Positions 11,624-21,654 of a stretch of DNA of 43,830 bases are shown one piece after another. The stretch is from a virus (lineage: Duplodnaviria > Heunggongvirae > Uroviricota > Caudoviricetes). Position 1 is the first letter of the stretch, and the number at the start of each line of letters is the position of its first letter. The stretch is taken from the IMG/VR virus record IMGVR_UViG_2684622769_000012; one strand, 5' to 3'. The position numbers were made by a program, and so were the translations under genes. The notes under the pieces were generated by a model. It saw nothing but the letters and a program-made list of their open reading frames with translations, made no database searches and was not told the origin of the DNA.

Positions 11624-12007
11624 TTACGCTCTCCTTAACTGGATAGAGTAAACTGATGCGGAAGGATCTACACTTGCTGTAATTACCTCGTATCGTTGTA
11701 ACTGCCTTGATACAGGATCATAAATCTCAATAATATGGTCGACAGCTGGTTTATCCGTAACCTCGCATACCAGAGCGGTTAATTTAAGGTCACCATGCAA
11801 AATATTAATCCCATCAATTCTGCCCAGCTTATAACGTGTCAACACGCCTCGCCCGGTATAGATTGCGGTGGATTCGCCGCCAGTTTCCGTCACAGGATCC
11901 CAGTGCCGGTGCGTAACGTAAGAACCAGAAAAATCACTCACGGCGTCCGCTAAATCCTCATCAAAAGCAGCGGCAACCTCTGACTGAATCTCTTCACGAA
12001 GCCCCAT
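11624..12007 (-). CDS. Head closure / head-tail joining protein
   Basis: 127-aa ORF in a tightly packed operon with neighbours; role by position. Confidence 0.4.
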   Translation of the reverse strand: MGLREEIQSEVAAAFDEDLADAVSDFSGSYVTHRHWDPVTETGGESTAIYTGRGVLTRYKLGRIDGINILHGDLKLTALVCEVTDKPAVDHIIEIYDPVSRQLQRYEVITASVDPSASVYSIQLRRA

Positions 12008-12402
12008 TATCCCCCCCTCACAACCCTGACTTGTGAGCGACTAAGTCCGTACGGTTTCAGCAGTGCTATCGCAAGCTGTAAATCGGGTTCAAGCAATGCA
12101 GTGCTGTTTGCTGGCAACTCAGAAAATGATTTCGATACACTGACCCCGTCAGCCGACACGGCTTTACTGATAACAACGCCAGAATCATTTTTCTGCTGAA
12201 ACAACTTACCGAATGAGGCAATTCTGGCTGCATATGCTCCCGCAAGTTTTACCTCTTCCGGAATACGGGATGGGTTAATTTTCAGGTTGAAGCCATTAAG
12301 CCAGGCATTAGCCATTAAAACAGCTTTATTTTTAGCGTTCTCACTCGTCCAGGCGTTCCCAAACGCATTATCAACGTCATCACAGGTCACGTAAGTGATC
12401 AT
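12007..12402 (-). CDS. Head-tail connector (gp6-like) protein
   Basis: 131-aa ORF downstream of the capsid gene; role by position. Confidence 0.4.
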   Translation of the reverse strand: MITYVTCDDVDNAFGNAWTSENAKNKAVLMANAWLNGFNLKINPSRIPEEVKLAGAYAARIASFGKLFQQKNDSGVVISKAVSADGVSVSKSFSELPANSTALLEPDLQLAIALLKPYGLSRSQVRVVRGG

Positions 12403-12405
12403 GTG

Positions 12406-12582
12406 TTACTCCTGAGTTTTCCAGCCCATAGCCTTCCAGTTGTCAACTTCATCAGGATGAACATTAGCGATAGTTGGTGCGCCGGGAAACATCTGATAAT
12501 CGGTCACCATAACCACTAACTCAATTTGCGTTTTTTGTGCGGCTTCACGCTGTGCTCTTTGCTCTTTAGTTAATCCGGCCAT
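12406..12582 (-). CDS. Small hypothetical protein (58 aa) between major capsid and connector genes
   Basis: Hand translation of the minus strand: MAGLTKEQRAQREAAQKTQIELVVMVTDYQMFPGAPTIANVHPDEVDNWKAMGWKTQE; below the 60-aa cutoff of the ORF track; fills an otherwise unexplained gap. Confidence 0.3.
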   Translation of the reverse strand: MAGLTKEQRAQREAAQKTQIELVVMVTDYQMFPGAPTIANVHPDEVDNWKAMGWKTQE

Positions 12583-12624
12583 ATGCCCCCCATTAAAAAT
12601 GGGGCCGAAGCCCCGTTTGAATGT

Positions 12625-13764
12625 TTAACCAAGAATCAGACAACCATGTGCCGGCTTCACTGATGAAACACCCCATGCCAGTCCAACTTCATAGCGCACC
12701 TGGCGATACTGACGATACAGTGCAATCTGGAACGTAATCCCTGAAATCGGGTCCGTAACATTCATTACATCATCAGCATTATCGCCACCTTCCGGCATTG
12801 CCGGAGTACGGGATGCCAGCAGAAACGCGTTGCGATCAAACGCCATATTTGCAGTAAAGGCCCCAACAACTGTGATGGCAGTATCATCGGCCAGATCCTG
12901 ACGCAGTCCGGGCGCTGCAAGAGTAATCAGATTGCTGGTCGCTGCTGCCACAACATACTGATTCGGATCACCAGCGAACGTAACAATCTGACCTGCAGAA
13001 ATACTCCCCGAACCAGTATCAATGGAAATAAGAACATCGCCTTCTTTTTTCTCTCCATTCACGAGATAACCAGTTGCAGCAACCTTTGGCGCTCGTTTCA
13101 CACCTGCCGAACTGTGAATATTGAATCCCTCCAGACGCCCCAACACGCCCTCACGCAGTAGCTGTTCAGTGCCGGATTCATTCACTTTAAACAATACAGA
13201 CTGTTTTCCGCGCAAATTAGCAATGGCAGTGGAGCCAAGCACCATCTGCAGATCGGTTGTCGGTGCGCCGTTATCCTCCAGAACCTGACGAGCCAGAGCA
13301 GCATCAGAAAGATCATCTTTAACACCAAACGGCGTTGTCCCTGCGGTTCCCACGGCGCGGGAAGCACCGAAATACAACGCACCAAGATCAGCCTCAACCT
13401 CGTTTGCAAGGGCGCGAAAAGCCTGCTTGAACTGATCAGCCAGAATGGTGTTGTAAGTCCCTGAAGGGCCAAGAGCCAGTTGTTCTTCACCATTCCATTT
13501 AACCGGTGCCATTTTGGATTTAGTAATTTTTACATCAACAGTGCCAATATTTTGATCACCGGTATTCGGAGCTGACGGCCCCGGTACGATATCTTCGGTT
13601 TTCGCCTCAGGCGCAACTGGCGCGGTTACCGTCTGATCTTTTGCTGCGGCGTCAGCTTTTGCGTTTTTTGCTACCGCAGGGATAAAACCTACCTGCTCAC
13701 GGGATACAACATCCAGGGCGGTATAAATAGTCGGGATCAACCCGGTCAGGGTATTTCCAGCCAT
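12625..13764 (-). CDS. Major capsid protein
   Basis: ORF 12625..13857; chosen start is the internal Met (MAGNTLTGLIP...) at 13762..13764, preceded by AGGA. Position after the scaffold gene. Confidence 0.8.
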   Translation of the reverse strand: MAGNTLTGLIPTIYTALDVVSREQVGFIPAVAKNAKADAAAKDQTVTAPVAPEAKTEDIVPGPSAPNTGDQNIGTVDVKITKSKMAPVKWNGEEQLALGPSGTYNTILADQFKQAFRALANEVEADLGALYFGASRAVGTAGTTPFGVKDDLSDAALARQVLEDNGAPTTDLQMVLGSTAIANLRGKQSVLFKVNESGTEQLLREGVLGRLEGFNIHSSAGVKRAPKVAATGYLVNGEKKEGDVLISIDTGSGSISAGQIVTFAGDPNQYVVAAATSNLITLAAPGLRQDLADDTAITVVGAFTANMAFDRNAFLLASRTPAMPEGGDNADDVMNVTDPISGITFQIALYRQYRQVRYEVGLAWGVSSVKPAHGCLILG

Positions 13765-13862
13765 AATTAAATATTCCTTAAAAATTTGCGTAATTGTGAA
13801 TAGATGGAGTAATGAGCTATCCAGCCCTGACACCAGCTCCCATCCGGAAGCTGACAAATGTG

Positions 13863-14627
13863 TTAATCAACGATTGTGATACCGTCTTTCAATGCGTTTT
13901 GCTTACCTGCAACATCCAGTGCATCAAAAGCAGAGCGTTTCATCGTTTTCTGACCAATATCATGCTGTGTCGGACGGGAGCCGCCGCCATTGTTGCCACT
14001 GGCTTTCAGGATGTAGTCTTTCTGAGGGTAATTTTCGACAAGGAACTCCAGCGCCTCATCAAACTGCGCCAGTTCGCCAGGCTTCGCGCGGGAATAAATT
14101 TTGTTGCCGGAAGCGTCATAAGCAACGATCCTCCCTTCTTCCACTTTGAATGCCTGCCCGAAGCGGGCTTGTAATAAATCTGCCGGGATCGCAATTTTAT
14201 CGGCAATATATTTTGAACCCGCAAAACTACCGCCAATCATAGAATCGTAAAGCTGCTTCTCCAGCATCTGAGAGCGTTGCTTTTCTTCATCTAATTGCTG
14301 CTGAAAATTTTTCGTAATTTCTGCCTTAACCTGGTCAACCTGTCCCGCATCGAGCAGCTTTTTCTGGTCGATTTTTGACAGCATTTCCAGTGCCTCGATC
14401 GCCTTCTTCGGGTCTTCGATAGCGGCAAACTTAGCCAGTTTTTCCTCTGCAGCTTCTTTAGCCAGGCGATGATTTTTTGCCTCGCCATTAAGCTCTGTAA
14501 TTTTTTTTGTCGCCAGCGGTGCATCGAAGCCAATTTCTTTACCATCGTCGTGCACATAAACTGGCAGGCCAGCAGTATCAATTTCTGCGTATTGTTTTCC
14601 GTTAATCTCGACCGTTTTCAGTTTCAT
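13863..14627 (-). CDS. Capsid scaffolding protein
   Basis: Start chosen at MKLKTVEINGKQ (ATG 14625..14627); highly charged, coiled-coil-like Glu/Lys/Ala-rich protein between head morphogenesis and capsid genes. Confidence 0.6.
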   Translation of the reverse strand: MKLKTVEINGKQYAEIDTAGLPVYVHDDGKEIGFDAPLATKKITELNGEAKNHRLAKEAAEEKLAKFAAIEDPKKAIEALEMLSKIDQKKLLDAGQVDQVKAEITKNFQQQLDEEKQRSQMLEKQLYDSMIGGSFAGSKYIADKIAIPADLLQARFGQAFKVEEGRIVAYDASGNKIYSRAKPGELAQFDEALEFLVENYPQKDYILKASGNNGGGSRPTQHDIGQKTMKRSAFDALDVAGKQNALKDGITIVD

Positions 14628-14731
14628 ATTAGTACCTGGTTTAAGTCTTCCGACAGTTACGCTGCTCACCATCCGGATCGCAGCAATAAAAAAGGCCACC
14701 CGAAGGTAGCCTGTTGTAATAAATGATTTAT

Positions 14732-15847
14732 TTAAATCCCTGCTTTTCTGAATACCTGTGCATCACGCTCACGGAGCTGCTTCAGCGTCAGCCATTCGCC
14801 TTTATCGGTGTAAAATTCATCTGGCGACATACCACCATCCCGAATCAGCTTTGCTCGGCTTTCCCCCACAATCTGTTTTTGTCTGGTGTAAGGCTGACGC
14901 AAAAACCATTCCCTGTAGGTTGTATCTCCGGCCACCACGCCATCCATGCTGGCCCGCTCAGCCGGGGAAATATCGCGAACATCAATACCCAGTTCCTTCG
15001 CTGATTTCAGAATGAACGTTTCCGTTGAGCGGCAGCAGAAATGAATTTTTCCCGGCCCCTGCAAATAAGGCACGCTGTGACCTACAGGTTTATTATTCAG
15101 CGTATATTTGAGGCGATCCCTGATTCGACATTGTGGCGTAGTACGATTATCAAGCGTTGATAACCATTGCTTACCCTTAATCAAATCATTATTCGCGCTG
15201 GCAAAACTCTCACGGGCAGTAGCAGCAAGATGTCCAACCGCTGTTTTTGCAATGCTGGCCGCATTAGCCCGGCTCATCTGCAATGCACCATCCTGAAATC
15301 CCTTACTGACATGTCCCCGAATTTTTCTTGCGATCTGCTCATTGGTATCCCCCAGCAAAAAACCCTGACGCACTGTATTTGTTATGCGTCTGAGCCGATC
15401 CGCCTCAAGATCTGAGGCCCACTCACTGAGCAGTCGTCCCTGGAATGGTCGCGCCATTGCAGCGGCATAAAGTGCATCAGGAGAGATACCAACCAGAGGG
15501 TGAACATCAGCAACAAAATCAGGTAGCATAGAATCAAACAGACTTAACTGATAACCAGCCTCATAAATTGCCAGCTCGTTCAGCTCTCCGGAGAGACTGG
15601 TAAACATGCTGTTAATAGCAGTGCGGTTAACCTCTCTGACGCTCGCCAGAAGTGACTCCAGGCGCTTAACGGTAAAACTACCTGGATCGAGGCTGTCCAG
15701 TGCTATCAGCAGGCGAGCAGTAAGTTCCGCATCGCTGTCATTCAGTATTTTCACCATTCTGGCAGCCACGCCAGTGCTATAGCGGGATATCCAGACTGCA
15801 TGAGCAATTGATTCATCACGCAGCCGTTCATTCACGGTTTGCATCAT
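14732..15847 (-). CDS. Head morphogenesis / minor capsid protein (Mu F-like, SPP1 gp7-like)
   Basis: 371-aa ORF directly downstream of and overlapping the portal gene; typical position for this family. Confidence 0.65.
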   Translation of the reverse strand: MMQTVNERLRDESIAHAVWISRYSTGVAARMVKILNDSDAELTARLLIALDSLDPGSFTVKRLESLLASVREVNRTAINSMFTSLSGELNELAIYEAGYQLSLFDSMLPDFVADVHPLVGISPDALYAAAMARPFQGRLLSEWASDLEADRLRRITNTVRQGFLLGDTNEQIARKIRGHVSKGFQDGALQMSRANAASIAKTAVGHLAATARESFASANNDLIKGKQWLSTLDNRTTPQCRIRDRLKYTLNNKPVGHSVPYLQGPGKIHFCCRSTETFILKSAKELGIDVRDISPAERASMDGVVAGDTTYREWFLRQPYTRQKQIVGESRAKLIRDGGMSPDEFYTDKGEWLTLKQLRERDAQVFRKAGI

Positions 15848-17234
15848 TGATTTCCATCAGCATTACACTCTGATTTTTTAATTCATCGATCACTTCCTCT
15901 GGACGGGAATCCTGATCGATAAATTTCAACGCCTGCAACACCCGAACCGCATCAATCTGACGTATATCACCGCCCTGACGCAATGACTGAACAGCCAGCG
16001 CGGAGGATGAGTCAAACACCTGGGCAGATACATCCAGTTCAGTGCGCACATCCACATTGCCACCGCAACTCTCTCCGATCCATTCCGCCATTATCTGGAG
16101 AATATTATCGAGGGCATCTTCGAGGGAGTTCGCCATTGTATAAAGCGGCGAGTTTTCCTGCATTCGCTCTTCATTAGTCTGATCAACAGATTTGGTGGAT
16201 GTATTTTCAGCACGCAGAAGTTTAGCGCCGGCATGACGCATCTGATTTTCCAGCTTCTCAAGTGATGTTTCGCCAGATTCTATCGCTGCGCCACTATGTT
16301 CAACATATTCGAGGCCATTTTTTGTTCTGTCCTCAAAAATCGTAGCGGTGGATGCACCAACCGTCAGTTCTTCATTCCTGTCCAGCCCGTAGGCCACCAG
16401 CAATGGAACGCGGGCAACATGAAGAATATTGTCCTGCTCGCTCTGGCTTTGCCAGTGCTTGATATTCAGCAAGCCAAGATTAAGCAATGGCGGTGTACCA
16501 CGCATAAATCCTGTTTTCTTCGTGTACAGTGTTACCAGAGGAATATCATCACGGCTGGTATTCCATGACTCATGAAGCGTCCAGACAGATTCGCCATTAG
16601 TGCCTTCGCTACGTCGATAAATTTCAACTCGACGGGGCATAATATGGCGGATCTGCTCCACCTTCTTCTGCCCGAAATCATCACCATCAATAATGATGAC
16701 CTCTTTTATACGCAAATCAGTGAGAACAACTTTCCCTTTTTCAACTTTCGATTTCCATCCAATAACCTGGCGTGGATTCAGCATCGTAACGTACGGACGA
16801 CCACCGGTCGCGTTTTCATCGGCTTTTGTCCGAATCTCTTTCATATCCGTTCGTGGATAGTCCACCAGCGCATGTGCCACACCATACTGAAATGCGAGGC
16901 TGAAAAATTGCTGCGCCCACACATCCAGTCGGCTCCCCTCCATGTCGATATTTTCTGCATATTCCCTGATTTTTGCCGGCGTTTCCTCACTCAATACTGT
17001 CGGCTCTGCAAATATGCGCCCAATATTTTGCTTGATGCTTTCTTCATACACAGGAAGTAGCGTAGCCACAGACAGGCGTTTTTTATAAGCGTCTTCATCT
17101 TCGTTAGGCCATTTTGGGAGATAATTTTCCCCCTGCCTGCGCATTTCAAGCGTACCGCCCATCAGTGCGTCGTTAATATCCCACGCCTCCAGCATATCGT
17201 TATAGTCGAGGTTGGGTGTTGATATATCAGCCAT
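15828..17234 (-). CDS. Portal protein
   Basis: 468-aa ORF immediately downstream of the large terminase; acidic C-terminal region; size and position. Confidence 0.8.
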   Translation of the reverse strand: MADISTPNLDYNDMLEAWDINDALMGGTLEMRRQGENYLPKWPNEDEDAYKKRLSVATLLPVYEESIKQNIGRIFAEPTVLSEETPAKIREYAENIDMEGSRLDVWAQQFFSLAFQYGVAHALVDYPRTDMKEIRTKADENATGGRPYVTMLNPRQVIGWKSKVEKGKVVLTDLRIKEVIIIDGDDFGQKKVEQIRHIMPRRVEIYRRSEGTNGESVWTLHESWNTSRDDIPLVTLYTKKTGFMRGTPPLLNLGLLNIKHWQSQSEQDNILHVARVPLLVAYGLDRNEELTVGASTATIFEDRTKNGLEYVEHSGAAIESGETSLEKLENQMRHAGAKLLRAENTSTKSVDQTNEERMQENSPLYTMANSLEDALDNILQIMAEWIGESCGGNVDVRTELDVSAQVFDSSSALAVQSLRQGGDIRQIDAVRVLQALKFIDQDSRPEEVIDELKNQSVMLMEINDANRE

Positions 17235-17236
17235 AA

Positions 17237-18547
17237 TTAAATCCGAAGTGATGTGACTCTTCCGGTCGGTTTGACAATAGGGAATTGCTTAACGATGAAA
17301 TAACCTCCGGCATCATTCGGGTGATCATTGCCAGATTTTTTATCAGGCTCCCCCTTCTCATCCCAGACCTGTTGCTCCAGAGATTCGGCATATAACGGGC
17401 AACGCTTCACATTAACTTTATAGCGACGCTCACCATTGGCATTGCAGAACATTGCATTCATTGAGTTAACGCGATCTTTTACTGGCGGGTTCGAGCTGTT
17501 CACCACAACGTTAAAACCAGCCTGCTTAAGCTGGGCTATATCCGTCGTACTTGCGTTACTTGATTTTCTGGAATCCCCGGAAGCATCTGGATAAATATAA
17601 ATTTCCCTCACTTTCCGGTAATCATTCCCATCATACAGCCAGAAGCGTTCTTTAATGATGCGGATCATATCCGGCGTATCGTAGGCATTGATGATTTCAG
17701 TTACCGCACATGGAAGCCCCAAACGCAGCACATGGACGATTCCCGCCATCTTTCCAACGTTAAAATCCATCCCAATATAAATCGGCTCCCCTGGCTGCTC
17801 CACTTCTTCGCAATTATTCAGTTTCCGGTCAAACTGATGGTAAACAGTACCACTTGTCAGGTTAGTAAACTGTCCTCGAAGATAGGCTTTAATCAGCTCT
17901 GGAGGGTATGATTCAAGAAGCGAAGGAATGTAATCTGCTGGCAGGTTCTTTTCATTATCGAAAGTAGATGCCTGCACCAGACCATACAGTGAGGCCAGCT
18001 CTGTTTTTTCACGCACGGCTTTAACAAACTGCTCGTAGACAAATTTGAATCCTTCCGGCGTGGTTGTAACGTCAATACCGTTGCGAAGTCCATCAATCTT
18101 ATAACGCATACGTGCAATTATCTTGCGCCACGCCGTTCTGGCTTTTTCCTTCGGCAAAATGTCCAGTTCATCCACCAACGCATTACCAATTTTGAAACCG
18201 ACGATCGTTTGTGGCTTCTCCATCGATCTGCAGATAGTGGTTCCCCGATACTGGCGTCCGTAATAAAAGTGAACCTCTTTATTTCCCTCATTAATTTTTA
18301 CGTTCAATCCCCAGTCAGCAGCAACTTCTTCCACTGTAGGGTAAAAAATATCGCGAATTTGGGGATACGTTGGCGCAAAATATCCCTGATTTATACCTGG
18401 ATGCTCCCAAATCCCCTTGCATATGCCGCCACACCCAACCCATGTTTTGCCCGAGCCAAAACCAGCAATATAGGCTTTAAATTTATGGGGCATTGAAAGA
18501 AATCGCGCCTGAGGCACATTAAGCGTCGGAGAGATCATCTTCATCAC
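17237..18547 (-). CDS. Terminase large subunit
   Basis: 436-aa ORF with Walker A-like AGFGSGKT near the N-terminus and acidic nuclease-type C-terminal half; overlaps the small terminase. Confidence 0.9.
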   Translation of the reverse strand: MMKMISPTLNVPQARFLSMPHKFKAYIAGFGSGKTWVGCGGICKGIWEHPGINQGYFAPTYPQIRDIFYPTVEEVAADWGLNVKINEGNKEVHFYYGRQYRGTTICRSMEKPQTIVGFKIGNALVDELDILPKEKARTAWRKIIARMRYKIDGLRNGIDVTTTPEGFKFVYEQFVKAVREKTELASLYGLVQASTFDNEKNLPADYIPSLLESYPPELIKAYLRGQFTNLTSGTVYHQFDRKLNNCEEVEQPGEPIYIGMDFNVGKMAGIVHVLRLGLPCAVTEIINAYDTPDMIRIIKERFWLYDGNDYRKVREIYIYPDASGDSRKSSNASTTDIAQLKQAGFNVVVNSSNPPVKDRVNSMNAMFCNANGERRYKVNVKRCPLYAESLEQQVWDEKGEPDKKSGNDHPNDAGGYFIVKQFPIVKPTGRVTSLRI

Positions 18548-19613
18548 TCCTTACTCTGGCATCAACCACATTAATATTGATCGCCACAGGCTGGGGATGT
18601 TCATTATCTTCCACCGTTTCGATCTCTTTGCGCAGCTTCTGGTTTTCCATTCTGCGCCGTTCAATTTCCAGTTCCCGTAGCCGCTTATCTGCACATAAAG
18701 CCCCGCCAGCAGAAAACAAACGCAACAATTCACGCCGGGCGGCAGCCTTATCCTCCAGCAGGATCTCAACGCCGAATTTTCCGAATTTTGCCCCTGCATA
18801 TAATTGCCGCGCATCCCCATCAAGCAGAGTGGTATCAGCCATATAAAGCTGTCCCGTTCCCTCACCGCAGCACTTCGGGCAGTCCGGATTGGGTATGGCG
18901 TTATCAACAAAGCCGAGGCCTCCATATTCCGGTTCGGGTTTGCCATCTCTGGAAGCCTGCGCCGCTGCCTTGTCGAATTCTGCTATATCGCGCCACTGGT
19001 AGAGATGATTCTCGCCCCAGCAATAACGGCAGTTAACACGGCGAAATTGTGCAAGCTGATTGGGGTCGGCCAGGACAATAGCCATCAACTGACTCACTAG
19101 TAAATCCAGGTCTGCGGTATAGCGTTTCTGGTACTGATTGCGGAAGTAGCTGATAGCGCGAAAAACCCTGGCATTTCTAAGCATACGACTGGCGTTGCTG
19201 TTAGCTGTCGCACCTTGCCCCTCATAACCGGCTAGTCGGTACGCCTCTGTCGGCTTTTTACCCTGAGCAACAAGCATCGCAAACTTAGCCTGCTGGTCAG
19301 AAATGCCGAATTCATCGGGACAGAACGAAAATTCCTCCGCGTCGCCCTCATTCAGGCCCGCATCGAATACTGGCTTTTTTTCCTGAGATTTTTCGTTCCG
19401 CTTTTGTGCAGTCTGCGCAGATTTTTTCTGCGCACTTTTTTGCGCAGTTTTGCACATTTCTGTCTGCGCATTTTTCGGAGTTTTTTTGATGTAACGACGG
19501 GCTGTTGCGTAATTCAGTCCCCTTGCTTCACACCATGCCACCGGAGATATACCGGAGCGGGTGTATTCAGCAATATACTCCTGCTGCAACGCCCCCCAGT
19601 CCGGTCTGCTCAT
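18519..19613 (-). CDS. Terminase small subunit (DNA-binding packaging protein)
   Basis: 364-aa ORF directly upstream of TerL; N-terminal HTH-like segment (GLNYATARRYIKK), basic linker, Cys-rich region. Confidence 0.65.
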   Translation of the reverse strand: MSRPDWGALQQEYIAEYTRSGISPVAWCEARGLNYATARRYIKKTPKNAQTEMCKTAQKSAQKKSAQTAQKRNEKSQEKKPVFDAGLNEGDAEEFSFCPDEFGISDQQAKFAMLVAQGKKPTEAYRLAGYEGQGATANSNASRMLRNARVFRAISYFRNQYQKRYTADLDLLVSQLMAIVLADPNQLAQFRRVNCRYCWGENHLYQWRDIAEFDKAAAQASRDGKPEPEYGGLGFVDNAIPNPDCPKCCGEGTGQLYMADTTLLDGDARQLYAGAKFGKFGVEILLEDKAAARRELLRLFSAGGALCADKRLRELEIERRRMENQKLRKEIETVEDNEHPQPVAININVVDARVRSDEDDLSDA

Positions 19614-19616
19614 CAG

Positions 19617-19868
19617 TTAGTCCTGATTTTTATCCACCCTGAGTAGTTCGCGCAGAGCAAAGGCATCCCCTTTTCTGGCAAGCTTAAACAATGCCGCTCG
19701 TAACTCGGCTTCACCTTTCGCTCTGCCCTTACGGATGGCCGCATAAAAATCTGTCATTGCTTCCCGATTTTCTTTCAGTCGGTTCAGATCAACATCCAGA
19801 ACGTCAGCGATTTGTTGTGCAGTCATCCGGCACGCTGCCAGAGACTCGACTTTCGAATACGGAATCAT
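19617..19868 (-). CDS. Small hypothetical protein (about 69 to 83 aa), possible DNA-binding packaging accessory
   Basis: ORF MIPYSKVESLAACRMTAQQIADVLDVDLNRLKENREAMTDFYAAIRKGRAKGEAELRAALFKLARKGDAFALRELLRVDKNQD; overlaps the 3' end of the upstream gene; start uncertain (internal Met at 19826). Confidence 0.35.
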   Translation of the reverse strand: MIPYSKVESLAACRMTAQQIADVLDVDLNRLKENREAMTDFYAAIRKGRAKGEAELRAALFKLARKGDAFALRELLRVDKNQD

Positions 19869-20754
19869 TTGTCACCCCCATTGATATGCAGGGTGTCTTC
19901 TTCCTGTATTTTTCGTGAAGGATTTTTACTGCAGCGTTGTTCCAGGTGACCTGATGGTGAATGCGTTTATGACTGGCACCCATAAGTGAGATTTTTACGC
20001 ACGACGGCGCATACATGACGGAGTAAAAACTTTTAACGTAGGTTCCGGAATCCAGATACAGCTCGGTCATTCCGCCGCTGTTTTTCTGCGTCTGTTTCTG
20101 CCCTAACTGGACAGCACCGATCGTCATAAACAATTCACCACAGCGACCGAGATTCGTGTACGTATTCACATCCTCGTTAATGCGCCCCATGAATGAGAAC
20201 GGTCGATCAACCGAACAGATAAAGCTGTTCATTGCCTTGCGTTTCACCCACGAAGCATGGCCGCCATTGTCACCAAGAAAATCCCCGCCCTGCGACATAG
20301 CGATGGAAAGAGCAGGTATTGATTCGTAGTACGCAAGCATTTCAGAAAGGATCTCATCCAGTTTCCTTATCGGGAAATAGGCCTGGTCATAGTTGCGATC
20401 CACCCGAAACTGGAACTCGTGATAATCATCATCGAGCTGAATGAAGTATTTACACCCGACCAGTTTTGCCTGGTCGAAACAGGCATTACGGGCGTAAAAA
20501 ATTGAGCGGCGGTCACTAAAATTATCGGCTTCGTCAAAACGACTAGCAATATCGGCTTTGGAAAATACCAGCACCTGTTCACCAAATTCAGCCATGTACT
20601 GATGCCGTGTCTTATCTTCATCATCAACAACGATAAAAATTTTCCCGGTATAGCCAGCACGACGCAACGTCCGGTAAGTCAGAACTTTGTCCGGTCGCCC
20701 GTGAGTCAGAATAAAGGCGCAAAAATCATCACGCATATTCCTCCTCCCCGCCAT
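19804..20754 (-). CDS. Hypothetical protein with GT-A-fold glycosyltransferase-like motif pattern (position of K-12 pseudogene ydaY)
   Basis: 316-aa ORF; N-terminal FILTHGRP, then IFIVVDDED, then FIQLDDDYHEF (hydrophobic strand plus DD / DxD pattern typical of GT-A enzymes); overlaps the ParB-like gene by 26 nt. Assignment by motif only. Confidence 0.4.
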   Translation of the reverse strand: MAGRRNMRDDFCAFILTHGRPDKVLTYRTLRRAGYTGKIFIVVDDEDKTRHQYMAEFGEQVLVFSKADIASRFDEADNFSDRRSIFYARNACFDQAKLVGCKYFIQLDDDYHEFQFRVDRNYDQAYFPIRKLDEILSEMLAYYESIPALSIAMSQGGDFLGDNGGHASWVKRKAMNSFICSVDRPFSFMGRINEDVNTYTNLGRCGELFMTIGAVQLGQKQTQKNSGGMTELYLDSGTYVKSFYSVMYAPSCVKISLMGASHKRIHHQVTWNNAAVKILHEKYRKKTPCISMGVTNDSVFESRVSGSVPDDCTTNR

Positions 20755-21517
20755 GCATGATCTCCACCATGCGCTGCGTCATTCGGACAAATCCATTTTC
20801 AATAGCCTGCTGATAATCAATGATCACCAGCGCCGACTCCTCGAAAAGGCACTGAATTTCAGCGGGGGCATGAGCGTAATAGTCCGCAATTCTGCTGAAA
20901 TTAAACACCGTGTGACGTTCTGCTGCACACAGGAGGAATTTCTCAATATCAGGATCAAGGGACGCCGAACGTATCCGGCTGATCAGCTCCTGAGTTTTCG
21001 TATCGTCGTACAGTTCACTGATATCCGGTTTACCGCCTGACGGCTCATAAACAGGCGTATCAATTTTCGTCGTATACGGCTCCTCCTCATTTCCTGTACC
21101 GGGCAAAACATCCGTCAACAGTTCATCAATTTCTGCCGGGATGAAGCCTGTCAGGGAGACATCAAAATCAGCATTGATTAGGTCCGACAGCTCCATCCGC
21201 AACAGATCTTCATCCCAGCCAGCATTCATCGGCAGGCGATTATCTGCCAGGCGGTACGCCTTTTTCTGCTCATCCGTCAGGCCAGACAGAACAATGACCG
21301 GAACAGAATCCATTTTGAGCATTTCAGCCGCCATAACACGACCGTGACCCGCAATAATTTCGCCCTTTTCGTCAATCAGCACCGGATTAGTCCAGCCGAA
21401 TTGCTTAATACTTTCTACCAGTTGTGCCACCTGCTCAGTACTGTGCGTCCTGGCGTTGTGCGCATACGGTGACAATTCTTGTAATGGGCGATAGACTATC
21501 TTTAATTTCTCGCTCAT
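20729..21517 (-). CDS. ynaK: ParB-like nuclease-domain protein
   Basis: 262-aa ORF with N-terminal ParB/Srx-type region (LIDEKGEIIAGHGRVMAA); corresponds in position to Rac ynaK downstream of trkG. Confidence 0.65.
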   Translation of the reverse strand: MSEKLKIVYRPLQELSPYAHNARTHSTEQVAQLVESIKQFGWTNPVLIDEKGEIIAGHGRVMAAEMLKMDSVPVIVLSGLTDEQKKAYRLADNRLPMNAGWDEDLLRMELSDLINADFDVSLTGFIPAEIDELLTDVLPGTGNEEEPYTTKIDTPVYEPSGGKPDISELYDDTKTQELISRIRSASLDPDIEKFLLCAAERHTVFNFSRIADYYAHAPAEIQCLFEESALVIIDYQQAIENGFVRMTQRMVEIMHGGEEEYA

Positions 21518-21544
21518 ACAGCCTTGCTTTATGAATAAAACGCA

Positions 21545-21568
21545 CCCCAGCAGCCAGTGCTACTGGGG
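21545..21568 (-). terminator. Candidate terminator hairpin immediately downstream of trkG
   Basis: Plus strand ccccag-cagccagtgcta-ctgggg (6-bp GC stem); on the minus strand followed by TGCGTTTTATT. Confidence 0.35.
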
Positions 21569-21654
21569 GCGGAGGTGTTGCTGGTAAAGTTAGGTATTGG
21601 ATCAATGAGTGAGTCAACATAATATTAAACTCACAATTATAAATCAGCCATATA

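Noticed and set aside
13812-14174. 120-aa plus-strand ORF and the long N-terminal extension of the capsid ORF (13765..13857)
   Set aside because: Antisense or upstream of the better-supported internal start with RBS; the extension would overlap the scaffold gene's 3' region.
16296-17060. Plus-strand ORFs of 90 and 162 aa inside the portal gene
   Set aside because: Antisense to the portal ORF; no start context.
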